DNA of 61,524 nucleotides, filler included, from Nitrospiraceae bacterium (GTDB lineage: Bacteria; Nitrospirota; Nitrospiria; Nitrospirales; UBA2166), in NCBI GenBank assembly GCA_002726235.1. It is 3 parts of 3 records of this genome, joined end to end, with 100 filler letters (N's around TTAATTAATTAA, not from the genome) between each part and the next. Parts side by side here need not be neighbours in the genome. Positions count along the whole stretch, not along the records: positions 1 to 26,093 come from PBSN01000018.1; 2 more parts are not named here. One strand, 5' to 3'. The notes beneath the pieces are model-generated. The model searched no databases and was not told the origin of the DNA. It was given only the letters and a program-made list of their open reading frames with translations. Each line of letters starts with the position of its first letter. Position 1 is the first letter of the stretch. The translations under genes and the position numbers were made by a program. Below, in pieces: positions 8,433-18,129 of the stretch.

Positions 8433-10172
8433 CTATCTAGGCGTATCTCCACAACGAACAAATCCTCTCCGTATAAGCTCGTCCATAATGTAAATGGCAT
8501 TCTCTTCAGGAGTGTGTTGCACCGTGTCAAGTGTAATTTCTGGATTGAGCGGGGCCTCGTAGGGGTCATCAATGCCCGTAAAGCCGGCAATTTCTCCTCG
8601 CCGCGCCTTGGCATACATTCCCTTGGCATCACGTGCCTCGCACACATCCAACGGTGTATCGACGAAGACTTCTACAAAATGATCCTTTGGTATGCGATTA
8701 CGCACGTCATTGCGAGTCGCACGGTAAGGACTAACGGCTGCACACACCACGATTCCACCTTGGCGGACAATTTCCGCAGCCACGTAGCCTATTCGTCTAA
8801 TATTGATATCTCGATCCTCTCGACTGAACCCCAAACCTTTTGAAAGATGCGTTCGTACCACATCTCCATCCAAGATAGTCACCTGACGACCATGCTCCAT
8901 GAGCAAAACGGTCAAGATCTCTGTTGTCGTAGATTTGCCTGAGCAACTCAGCCCAGTAAACCAAATCGCGACGCCCTGCCGATGACGAGGCGGATGGGCA
9001 TCAGCAAGAATCTCCGCAACTTCCTTGCGCATAAACCATTGCGGGAGTGTGCGTCCTTTATCCAGATAGTTTTCACGAACCTGCGTGGCAGAAATAGATG
9101 CAACCTGCGCATGCGCGGGAACTTTCGCAACCTCTTCATATCGTTTCTCATCAGTGAGATAAACCAACTCCTGGAACAAAACCGGACGAACGCCAAGTTC
9201 GTCCTGAAACCGCCCAACAATCTCCTGCGCATCATAGCGCCCATAGTAAGGCTTCCCAGTAGAGTCTACTCCCGGACTGGCGTAGTCCCATCCAACAATC
9301 AGATGATTTGCACCATAGTTTCGTCGAATCACCGCGTGCCACAAAGCCTCCCGAGGTCCAGCCATCCGCATGGCAATCGGGAGGAGAGACAGTACGATTC
9401 TGCTACTATCGTAATAATTTTCCGCCATCACTTTATACGTGCGTACCCGAGTGTAGTAGTCCACATCCCCTGGCCTTCTCAGGCCTACCACCGGATGCAG
9501 CAACAAAACCCCATCAATCTCTTGGATAGCCCGCTTAGTCAATTCTTCATGTACGCGATGAAGTGGATGTCGTGTCTGAAACGCTACTACATTGGAATGG
9601 CCAAAGGTTTCTAGGCGGGCCCGCGTTTGCGTTGGAGTCATGCGTATGGTCTGAAAATCATAGTGCCTAGGCATCTGGAGCACACGGAGACGCCCAGAGA
9701 TATTCAGTTTTCCCCACCGATACATTTCTGAGACAAGTGGGTGCCTCGGATCCTGCGTACCACAAACCTTTTTGGCCACCTCATTCATATCCCAAGGATA
9801 GACATCTTCGATAGTCATAACAGCGAGCAACTCATTTTTCGCATTTCGGAGCGCCACATCGCTGTCAAGTTGGAGAGCCGGGTCTGGGTCAACCGGAAGC
9901 GTAATTGGGAGCGGAAAGAGCTGTCCATTGACAAGACGCATATCATCAAGCACTCGTTGATGGTCTTGCGAGCCCATAAATCGATCCAAAGGCGAAAATG
10001 CACCTATCGCTAGCAATTCCAAGTCACATACGGATCGTTCTGACAGTTGTAACGACGATAGCTGACTCGCGTACGCCGTAAGATCATCGCGCCCCTCTTC
10101 GGAAGCAACTAAATCTATCAATCTTTCGCCATATGGCGTAATGAGTGAAGAAGCCTGTATCGTAACTGCCAT
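8433..10172 (-). CDS. sat: Bifunctional sulfate adenylyltransferase / adenylylsulfate kinase (Sat-CysC), with atypical sulfurylase motifs
   Basis: Sat domain (GAFSPL, MRMAGPREALWHA) fused to APS kinase (WFTGLSCSGKST, LDGD, FTGIDDPYEAP). Confidence 0.9.
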   Translation of the reverse strand: MAVTIQASSLITPYGERLIDLVASEEGRDDLTAYASQLSSLQLSERSVCDLELLAIGAFSPLDRFMGSQDHQRVLDDMRLVNGQLFPLPITLPVDPDPALQLDSDVALRNAKNELLAVMTIEDVYPWDMNEVAKKVCGTQDPRHPLVSEMYRWGKLNISGRLRVLQMPRHYDFQTIRMTPTQTRARLETFGHSNVVAFQTRHPLHRVHEELTKRAIQEIDGVLLLHPVVGLRRPGDVDYYTRVRTYKVMAENYYDSSRIVLSLLPIAMRMAGPREALWHAVIRRNYGANHLIVGWDYASPGVDSTGKPYYGRYDAQEIVGRFQDELGVRPVLFQELVYLTDEKRYEEVAKVPAHAQVASISATQVRENYLDKGRTLPQWFMRKEVAEILADAHPPRHRQGVAIWFTGLSCSGKSTTTEILTVLLMEHGRQVTILDGDVVRTHLSKGLGFSREDRDINIRRIGYVAAEIVRQGGIVVCAAVSPYRATRNDVRNRIPKDHFVEVFVDTPLDVCEARDAKGMYAKARRGEIAGFTGIDDPYEAPLNPEITLDTVQHTPEENAIYIMDELIRRGFVRCGDTPR

Positions 10173-10484
10173 GAAAAACCTCGTTACGGTTTCAATGCGT
10201 CAGCCCATTTTCATCGCACGAAAACCGTGGTAAAACCTCGCCCGTTGATCAATCTAAAATGGACCGCAACTATCCAGGTTCCCACACAAACGATTTGCCC
10301 GCACCTGCGATGGTCGATGGATGAAGCTTTCAACTGCAGTTTCGATCAGTAATGCGGCGCCATCCCGATGGTAGCCGTAAACATCGAAAATTCGACTCGC
10401 CTTCAGGGGGAAAAGCGTCTCCATATCAAACACATTGCGTTCCATCAGCATGCAGCGTTGACCTGATACCGTCATCGATTCTCA

Positions 10485-11396
10485 TTAACGTTCACCATCG
10501 AAATACTCCTCAATCGCCTGTTGCCAAGGCCGCAAAAGCGCATCCAATCCATCATTGCTTGCTCTGCGTCTGAGCGAGGAATCCTTCGGGCGCCTAGCGT
10601 TATATGGATAGTCGCAAGAACTTCTTGCCTCAAGAGAAGGAGAAAGCCCAACGATCTCAAACGTCTTTTTGGCAAGCTCGTACCATGAACATCTCCCTGC
10701 GTTGGTAAGGTGAACTATTCCCGTTGCACGTTGTCGTACCAGCAATTCGAGTGCTCGTGAGGCATCCCGCGCATAGGTTGGAGACATGTAGACATCATCA
10801 ACGACACGTAGCGATTCTCCCACCCGTGCCTTTTCAATAATCGTGTCAACAAAACTTCTTTTACCACGAACAAGTCGAAGACGCGAAATTCGTCCACTTT
10901 TCTTATCCTGGGCCGTGCCAAAGAGGCTTGCCATTCTCACGATTAGCCATTGTGGACACGTCTGCCGCACGAGCATCTCTCCGGCATACTTTGAAGCACC
11001 ATACACATTGATTGGGTTAGGACAGTCATCCTCCGTATAGGGCTCCCCTTTTTCTCCGTCAAATACGAAATCAGTGCTCGTGTAGACGCAGAGACTTCCA
11101 ACGCGAGCGCAAACTTGAGCAATATACAATGCTCCAAGTACATTGACTTGAAAGGCGTACTCTGGTTGATCTTGACACGTCTCCACATCAGTCACCGCAG
11201 CACAATTGATCACAACCTCTGGCTCAATAGATTCCAGTGCCACCCGAACAGACTCGGAATCACCACAGTTAATGTCATCGTGCGAGACGGAAATGACATC
11301 GTATTTCTCATCGCTCAAGATGGGGATGAGAAAACTGCCAAATAGTCCACTGCTCCCGATAACCGCAACTCGCACAGTGTTACAGCCTATCCCCAA
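10485..11396 (-). CDS. rfbD: dTDP-4-dehydrorhamnose reductase
   Basis: GSSGLFG, STDFVFDG, YGASK, SPTY, ARRPKDSSL. Confidence 0.88.
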   Translation of the reverse strand: MGIGCNTVRVAVIGSSGLFGSFLIPILSDEKYDVISVSHDDINCGDSESVRVALESIEPEVVINCAAVTDVETCQDQPEYAFQVNVLGALYIAQVCARVGSLCVYTSTDFVFDGEKGEPYTEDDCPNPINVYGASKYAGEMLVRQTCPQWLIVRMASLFGTAQDKKSGRISRLRLVRGKRSFVDTIIEKARVGESLRVVDDVYMSPTYARDASRALELLVRQRATGIVHLTNAGRCSWYELAKKTFEIVGLSPSLEARSSCDYPYNARRPKDSSLRRRASNDGLDALLRPWQQAIEEYFDGER

Positions 11397-12433
11397 GCTC
11401 GAACATATACAGCGTCATAATAATTGCGGTACTCACCCGACGTAACACGCTCGACCCACTCGTGATTTTCGAGATACCAGCGGATCGTCTTTCGGATGCC
11501 CTCCTCAAACGTGACAAGGGGATTCCATATCAGTTTCTCACGAATTTTCGTCGCCCGTGTTGCGTATCGGCGATCATGTCCTGGCCTGTCCGCAACAAAT
11601 TGCATGCTCTTCAAAAGAGATGCCGCATCCATACTCGCCTCGCCGGCCATGAGTTCGCAGAGGAGATGAATCACGTCGAGATTTGTGTATTCTTCTTCCG
11701 TGCTAACGTTATAGATCGCTCCATCATCACCGCGTTCTAACACCCGCCGTATTGCATCAACACAGTCTCCGACATAGATCCACTCACGTCGTTGCATCCC
11801 ATCACCATACACAGGCAAATCCTTACGGAGCATACTATTCCGAATCATAAGCGGGATAAGCTTCTCAGGAAATTGGAATGGGCCGTAATTGTTGCAGCTT
11901 CTCGCGATGAGTACTGGAAGACCGTAGGTGCGCTTGTACGACAAACTGAGAAGATCCGCTGCCGCCTTGCTAGCAGCATACGGGCTACTAGGAGCCAAAC
12001 GGTACTCCTCATCACATGGCTCCCTACTTTCAGCATCCCCGTACACTTCATCAGTCGAAACCTGCAGGAATCGCTCAACACCATATTTGCGTCCCCCTTC
12101 GAGGAGAACCTGTACTCCTATGGTGTTCGTCTGAAAAAATGGTGCCGAATCAAGAATACTTCGATCAACATGCGACTCGGCAGCAAAGTTGACCACTGCA
12201 GTGGGGCGTTCTTCTTTGTAAAGATCATCAACCAGTGCGCGATCGCCGATGTCGCCACGCACAAATCGATAGTGTTCCCCTTCATCAATCCCCCTTAAGT
12301 TTTCAAGATTCCCAGCATAGGTGAGTTTATCGAGATTGATCACCCGCCATGCTTCCCTCTCAAGCATCAACCGAACGAAATGGCTTCCAATGAAGCCGCA
12401 CCCACCCGTAACAAGCAATCGTTTCATTGCCAT
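11387..12433 (-). CDS. rfbB: dTDP-glucose 4,6-dehydratase
   Basis: TGGCGFIGS, DKLTYAGN, AAESHVDRSI, STDEVYG, PYAASKA, DRPGHDRRY. Confidence 0.96.
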   Translation of the reverse strand: MAMKRLLVTGGCGFIGSHFVRLMLEREAWRVINLDKLTYAGNLENLRGIDEGEHYRFVRGDIGDRALVDDLYKEERPTAVVNFAAESHVDRSILDSAPFFQTNTIGVQVLLEGGRKYGVERFLQVSTDEVYGDAESREPCDEEYRLAPSSPYAASKAAADLLSLSYKRTYGLPVLIARSCNNYGPFQFPEKLIPLMIRNSMLRKDLPVYGDGMQRREWIYVGDCVDAIRRVLERGDDGAIYNVSTEEEYTNLDVIHLLCELMAGEASMDAASLLKSMQFVADRPGHDRRYATRATKIREKLIWNPLVTFEEGIRKTIRWYLENHEWVERVTSGEYRNYYDAVYVRAWG

Positions 12434-12463
12434 GGCGTTTCACTTCTCACCGAGAAAAACACG

Positions 12464-13528
12464 TTATACACAAACCTCCGCGTCATCACCAATCATAAGG
12501 CGAAGAACCTGTTTATCTTCCGTGATTCGCCGGACCGTTGCATGCCGTCCAAGAATGCTAGACCTCAACTGCTCAATTCCTTCTAGGCGAACGCCATCCA
12601 TTACGACGCAATTCTCTAGGCTCGTGGAGGTGATCGAACAATCTGGCCCAATACTCGTATACGGACCAACACACGTGTTCTCAAGTATCGTGCCTTTTCC
12701 AATCACCGCGGGACCTTGGATTTTACTTCGTATGACCTGAGCTCCATGCTCTAGTACAACCTGACCAACAACTCGACTCTCAGAATCTACGTCTCCACGC
12801 AGATCATGCTGTACCCATTCATCAAGCACCAGTCGGTTTGCATCAAGTAGATCGTCCTTTTTACCCGTATCCAACCACCAACTCTGAAGATGCGCACTTT
12901 GGACTGTTTTCCTCCGTTCTAACAGCTGTTGAATCGCATCCGTGATCTCAAGTTCCCCACGTGCGGATGGAACAATCGCATCGACTGCAGCGTGGATTTC
13001 CTGAGAAAAGAGATAGATGCCCACCAGCGCTAACTTCGATTGAGGATCGGCAGGTTTCTCTACCAATCGAGTAATCCCCCCACTATCGTCAATCTCTGCT
13101 ACTCCAAACATGCGTGGATTATCGACTTCTTTCAACAAGACCAGAGCGTCAGGTTTTTTCCGCTCAAACTCGTTCACATAATCCTGCAAGTTCTCTCCAA
13201 TGAGATTGTCTCCGAGATACATCAGGAACGCGTCAGACTCGAGAAAATCACGCGCTATTTTGACGGCGTGCGCCAAACCAAGCGGCTCAGCCTGAGGGAT
13301 GAAGGTAAAACGACATCCCCACGGATTTGCCCCGAGCGCATCACGAATGGCCGGACCCGTTTCCGGCGAGATTATGACACCCACATCGGTAATACCGAGA
13401 TGGGCCACCTGATCCATCACGTAAAAGAGAATGGGTCGGTTGGCAATCGGAATAAGTTGTTTCGCTGCCGTATGTGTGAGCGGACGGAGGCGAGTCCCTT
13501 TGCCTCCGGCTAGCACCAGAGCCTTCAT
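12464..13528 (-). CDS. rfbA: Glucose-1-phosphate thymidylyltransferase (long form)
   Basis: LAGGKGTRLRPLT, KQLIP, PSARGELEITDAI, WLDTG and a C-terminal left-handed beta-helix. Confidence 0.93.
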   Translation of the reverse strand: MKALVLAGGKGTRLRPLTHTAAKQLIPIANRPILFYVMDQVAHLGITDVGVIISPETGPAIRDALGANPWGCRFTFIPQAEPLGLAHAVKIARDFLESDAFLMYLGDNLIGENLQDYVNEFERKKPDALVLLKEVDNPRMFGVAEIDDSGGITRLVEKPADPQSKLALVGIYLFSQEIHAAVDAIVPSARGELEITDAIQQLLERRKTVQSAHLQSWWLDTGKKDDLLDANRLVLDEWVQHDLRGDVDSESRVVGQVVLEHGAQVIRSKIQGPAVIGKGTILENTCVGPYTSIGPDCSITSTSLENCVVMDGVRLEGIEQLRSSILGRHATVRRITEDKQVLRLMIGDDAEVCV

Positions 13529-13571
13529 TTCAGGTGTGGTTTAGGCGACAAGATGTGCAACCGTTGTTGGC

Positions 13572-15026
13572 TCATGAACGTATTTCTCGGCCATACATAT
13601 CTTGAAGGCGCACGATATCATCTTCACCAAGATAAGGCCCATGTTGGACTTCAATAATTTCCAAGGTCTCCGGCCAAGGGTTTTCTATTCTATGATTTAT
13701 CGCTTTGGGAATATCGAGACTCTGGCCTATCGTAAGTTCCAAACGCTGATCACCACATGTGACCTTAGCTTTTCCACGAACCACAACCCAATGTTCCCGT
13801 CGTTTCCGGTGTCGCTGAAGAGACAATTTTGCGCCTGGACGCACGGTGAGCCGTTTGACTTTATACCCATCACCAGCATCTAACGTAGTATATGAACCCC
13901 AGGGGCGAAATACTGACTGGTGCTCCAACTGTTCTCGAGCATTGCGCTTTTTCAGAATATCTACAACCCCTTTGACGTCCTGAGCACGAGATTTCGGACA
14001 GACCAGCGTCGCATCAGGGGTATCCACAATCACCATGTCCTTTAATCCGATCGTCGCGACTAAGCGATGATTGCCGAACAACACCGAATTTTCGCTTCCC
14101 AAATCAACAATATTTCCATTCACCACGTTCCCTGCTTTCGTCTTTGATGCGACATCCCCTAACGCACTCCATGAACCAATGTCAGACCATACAAAATCGA
14201 CAGGAACTACTACGGCTTTTGACGTCTGCTCCATCACGGCTGTGTCGATTGGCATCGACGGCAACTGGCCATATATTTTTATCACGTTATCGCTTAATCC
14301 AGCATCGTTGTTTTGTAGCCGCCATACCTTCCGTATGACCCTGAGAAGCCTAGGCTGATACAAGGCTAATTCATCGAGAATGCTCGAGGCTTTCCACAGA
14401 AATATTCCGCTATTCCATAAGTACCCGCCAGACCTCAGCATGGTTCTTGCTTTTGGAACATCAGGTTTCTCAATAAACCGTCGTACGCGATATCCTTTGA
14501 GTGTTCCCTGACCTTCAAGCTGTTGACGCATATTAGGCTTAATATACCCATAGCCTGTTTCTGGAGCAGTCGGCCGAATGCCCAAGGTGACAAGGTGCCC
14601 GTCTCCAGCGAATTTCGTTCCGAGTTTGACCGCTTCGGTGAACTTCCTCGTTCCCTTGATCACATGATCGGCTGGCAAGACAAGCATGACCGCGGCTGGA
14701 TCTTGCACAACAAGCTTGATCGCCGCCATCGCAATCGCAGGAGCTGTGTTGCGTCCCTCAGGCTCAACAACAATGTTTTCCTGGATACCACGTTCCCATC
14801 CCCCTAGCTGCATAGTCACCATATCCACCTGCGAACGATTCGTCACAACAAACGTACGTGATGTTGGGACACAACTCAAAGTGCGTCTGAGTGTCTGCTG
14901 AATGAGTGTTTGATCTCCAAGAATGCGGAGTAGTTGTTTAGGATACAACTCCCGACTAAGTGGCCAAAATCGAGTTCCGCTACCGCCGGCAAGAATGACC
15001 GCGTAAAGATGGGAATTAATTTTCAC
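13572..15026 (-). CDS. manC: Mannose-1-phosphate guanylyltransferase / mannose-6-phosphate isomerase
   Basis: ILAGGSGTRFWPLSR, EPEGRNTAPA, FIEKP, WSDIGSW, C-terminal cupin RPWG...LSLQRH...YLGEDDIVR. Confidence 0.95.
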   Translation of the reverse strand: MKINSHLYAVILAGGSGTRFWPLSRELYPKQLLRILGDQTLIQQTLRRTLSCVPTSRTFVVTNRSQVDMVTMQLGGWERGIQENIVVEPEGRNTAPAIAMAAIKLVVQDPAAVMLVLPADHVIKGTRKFTEAVKLGTKFAGDGHLVTLGIRPTAPETGYGYIKPNMRQQLEGQGTLKGYRVRRFIEKPDVPKARTMLRSGGYLWNSGIFLWKASSILDELALYQPRLLRVIRKVWRLQNNDAGLSDNVIKIYGQLPSMPIDTAVMEQTSKAVVVPVDFVWSDIGSWSALGDVASKTKAGNVVNGNIVDLGSENSVLFGNHRLVATIGLKDMVIVDTPDATLVCPKSRAQDVKGVVDILKKRNAREQLEHQSVFRPWGSYTTLDAGDGYKVKRLTVRPGAKLSLQRHRKRREHWVVVRGKAKVTCGDQRLELTIGQSLDIPKAINHRIENPWPETLEIIEVQHGPYLGEDDIVRLQDMYGREIRS

Positions 15027-15162
15027 CTATACCCCCCCGATGAGTCAGCATCCCATATATTTTCACTGTGTACAACAGCACACTCATTGACCGACATCGT
15101 TGCCATGTAGTAACGACAATGCTACGGTAGGCTTTACTTGCCCAAGGCTAAAACACACCCAA

Positions 15163-15987
15163 ATGGCACACAAGAAAACAGACGCCACGCCAGCAAAAGC
15201 AAGACGTCCAAAATCCATCGACCTAGCTAGCTTTTTAGAGGGTATCGGTCCGCCCAAACCCACATCGTTTTCTTTGGACCCATGGCAAAAAGAGGCCATT
15301 GAAAAAATTCAACACGGCGACGTCATTGTCAGTGTACCAACTGGGAGCGGAAAAACCCATGTAGCGGTCGAAGCCGCCCGCCATGCCATGGATGACGAAA
15401 AAACCGTGCTCTACACCTCGCCCCTCAAAGCCCTCTCGAACACCAAGTTCACCGAATTCAGCAAGATCTTCGGACCCAATCGAGTTGGCATTCTCACCGG
15501 AGAACGACGTGTGAACCCCTACTCTGAAATGCTCGTTATGACCACCGAAATTCTACGAAACTTGCTCTATGATGCAGCCAGCGGAGAAATTGACCTTCGC
15601 CTCGATACCTTAGGATTGGTCATTCTCGATGAAGCCCAATTCCTTGCGGATCCAGAGCGCGGAGTTGTATGGGAGGAAACCATTATATTCTGTCCCATTC
15701 AAACACGACTTTTGCTTCTCTCCGCATCAATCGGCAACCCAGAAGAACTCGCCACCTGGATGTCCAACATCAGACCAAGCACCTGTCATTTGGTTCGCCA
15801 CGACAATCGCTCCGTTCCACTTCGTTCTGGATATATGCACCCAAACGGAGCCTTTACACCCCTTTTCAAAACCCTCGATACACCCACCACGCCGAATGAG
15901 GAAAACCTACACCCCAAAACGAAACAACTCTTTCACACTTACGAACAAAACACGCTTGGACCACGGCGACCATCACGCCGATCATAA
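15163..15987 (+). CDS. Stand-alone Ski2/HelY-like DExD/H helicase N-terminal domain
   Basis: PTGSGKT, PLKALSN, MTTEILRNLLY, LDEAQ, LLSAS, RSVPL; stops before a second RecA domain. Confidence 0.8.
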   Translation: MAHKKTDATPAKARRPKSIDLASFLEGIGPPKPTSFSLDPWQKEAIEKIQHGDVIVSVPTGSGKTHVAVEAARHAMDDEKTVLYTSPLKALSNTKFTEFSKIFGPNRVGILTGERRVNPYSEMLVMTTEILRNLLYDAASGEIDLRLDTLGLVILDEAQFLADPERGVVWEETIIFCPIQTRLLLLSASIGNPEELATWMSNIRPSTCHLVRHDNRSVPLRSGYMHPNGAFTPLFKTLDTPTTPNEENLHPKTKQLFHTYEQNTLGPRRPSRRS

Positions 15988-16130
15988 ATATACTGCGCTG
16001 AAATTTGCAGTGTTGCTTCTTTGCCTACAGTTCCCTTTTCGTCAAGGACGACCGATTATGATTCCCCTGCCGCGCTGATCACATATCCTCTGGAGGAATC
16101 TCACCGTCTATTCTGCAGGCCTTCTGCTTA

Positions 16131-16316
16131 GTTAAAGTCCATCACGAAGGAACAGTTCACATTGGGAAGTCCAAAGTTTAGACCTAGGCGCGAAACGACG
16201 AGGGAGCATCACGAAACAATCGAAACTGCAGCAAGTGGGGAAGCAAATCGCACTCTTGTACGCTGAGCCTCGGAGTGAGGCGAGCACAAAACCGATGGAC
16301 TGTTTTAACATCCTGG
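16131..16316. repeat. MITE/REP-like element resembling a dispersed repeat of Nitrospira genomes
   Basis: Imperfect terminal inverted repeats (TTAAAGTCCATC ... GATGGACTGTTTTAA); core GTACGCTGAGCCTCGGAGTGAGGCGAGCAC...AACATCCTG recognised from memory, not by search. Confidence 0.55.
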
Positions 16317-17567
16317 CAGAAGATAGATCGGGTTGGAGATAATCCACGAACGCCAGCGCCGTTGGAGCTTGAGAAACGCTTCGACTCTGTACACACCTGG
16401 ACCCGATGGGGTGTATTCCAGCTCACGCCCAACCGTTCGGAATTCCGGAACCCCGTTTTTGATAATCTCAATCGCTCCGACGCGCGGAAGACGAACCACC
16501 AATTGCGGACACGGCACGTGCTCCCACACAGCGCCCATCATGGCAACCGGCCTTCCCGAGCGCGGATCAGCCGCATAAAACTGAAAACCGGATGCATCGC
16601 ATAGCAATGAGAATGCGAGATAGCATCGGCCTTGGCGAAGCGCGGCGAGAAGGACTTGGGTAGAGGGAGGTGCAGGTGACTCAGAACCTTGAACATCGAC
16701 CAGAACATGTGTATTGAGAATCCGATAGACCAAACCATAGGGATCAACGAGCACGCCCAATACACTGAGGTTCTGATGAGCATCGTTCCCGCCAATTCCA
16801 ACGACCCGATGGCCCGCACGAGTCAACCTATCCCATCGTGCAAGCAACCAATTCGGACGTTCGATCACTGATAGCAGCAATTCCTCGTGATATTCCTGCT
16901 GGGTCACGAAAAGATCAACCATAAACTCGGGAAATGATAGATATTGCTCCCGCATGGTATCGGCAATGTTAAACACTTCCATGCCATGCACCATCCCGAA
17001 GTACTGAGGGTCGGAGACACCGCGAGCGTGACCCAAAAACACCAAGCCTCCATGACGTTTTATCTGAGCAATCAACTCGGGCTTGGAATACGCATCCGGA
17101 CTGAAGGTCGGGACGATGGATGGGCCAAACCCGAACCCAAGAATGCTCGCACAGCGACGCGCCAATCCACGTTTTCGCGTACACCCTAGGGGAAACTCAG
17201 CACCGTGAATCACTGTCAGGTCCCCATACTGCCCCTTCAGCCCTTCTATAAAAATCCTGGGATCGAAATGATCCGTTATCACCAAGTAATCAAGCTTTGC
17301 CTGCTGGGCACCTGTGAGAAATTCTTCCGGGCGCCCATCGCTATCGCTAGAAAGATAGGAATGAGTGTGAATGACTCCACGCAGATCACGAAACCCTGGC
17401 AATGGCGGTACGGCAACGCGTGCTCCCTGTAGTGCCTGTACTTCCTCTCTCAGAGCTTGCAATGATCCCTTAGCGGTACAACCAGACCCCGCCGCAAGCA
17501 TCGCTACTCCCGCGGCATGAATCACAGATGCCAACAAACCGCGTCGAGTAATGGGTCGTGGCATCAC
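16305..17567 (-). CDS. Tat-exported PHP-domain metallohydrolase (CehA/McbA-like), probable lipoprotein
   Basis: TRRGLL Tat motif, AGSGC lipobox-like site, HTHS..SD, ITDH, GGNDAH metal ligands. Confidence 0.8.
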   Translation of the reverse strand: MMPRPITRRGLLASVIHAAGVAMLAAGSGCTAKGSLQALREEVQALQGARVAVPPLPGFRDLRGVIHTHSYLSSDSDGRPEEFLTGAQQAKLDYLVITDHFDPRIFIEGLKGQYGDLTVIHGAEFPLGCTRKRGLARRCASILGFGFGPSIVPTFSPDAYSKPELIAQIKRHGGLVFLGHARGVSDPQYFGMVHGMEVFNIADTMREQYLSFPEFMVDLFVTQQEYHEELLLSVIERPNWLLARWDRLTRAGHRVVGIGGNDAHQNLSVLGVLVDPYGLVYRILNTHVLVDVQGSESPAPPSTQVLLAALRQGRCYLAFSLLCDASGFQFYAADPRSGRPVAMMGAVWEHVPCPQLVVRLPRVGAIEIIKNGVPEFRTVGRELEYTPSGPGVYRVEAFLKLQRRWRSWIISNPIYLLPGC

Positions 17568-17756
17568 GGAAAAAACAGGCAGCCTTTCAACATTTCACAC
17601 CACATACGACACCGAATACCAGACTAGGAAAAACACTGTCGATGGACGTGCTCAGCATTCTGATAGATTTCCTCGGTAAATGTCGACGTGCCTTCCGTTC
17701 GAGCTCCAGACGGAGCTGACGAGACCTCAAGCGAAAGATCGATTTGTTTGGAACTC

Positions 17757-17783
17757 TGTTCTCCTGAGCACAGCGAAGGATCT
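17757..17783. repeat. Possible degenerate REP-like half site
   Basis: TGTTCTCCTGAGCACAGCGAAGGATCT resembles the widespread TGTCATCCTGAGCGCAGCGAAGGATCT repeat; single copy in this window. Confidence 0.35.
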
Positions 17784-18129
17784 TCCCTTATGCAAAATAT
17801 GCGTGCCGTGCTCCATCCTCAGTTTAGACCCCGCCTGATCCCTTGGTATTGCGGCTTCCGCGTAACCGCATCCTCGACTCCAGGAGCACGGAAACATAGC
17901 CCGCCGCCACTGAGATGACAACCGTAACGATCATAACACCTCCGCCAAACAGAAGAGGAAATCCGAATCGAATACTCCCCCACCCAAAGACATAAGCACT
18001 TGAGTGGAATAGGATATGGCCAATAAAGGATGTGCGATAAAGGTAAAGTAAGACCGCATTGAACGAGAGCGCTCGGTGCGGAGAATATGCGCAAGCGCAG
18101 AAGAACGCCGCTAGCGAATTACCATCCGT

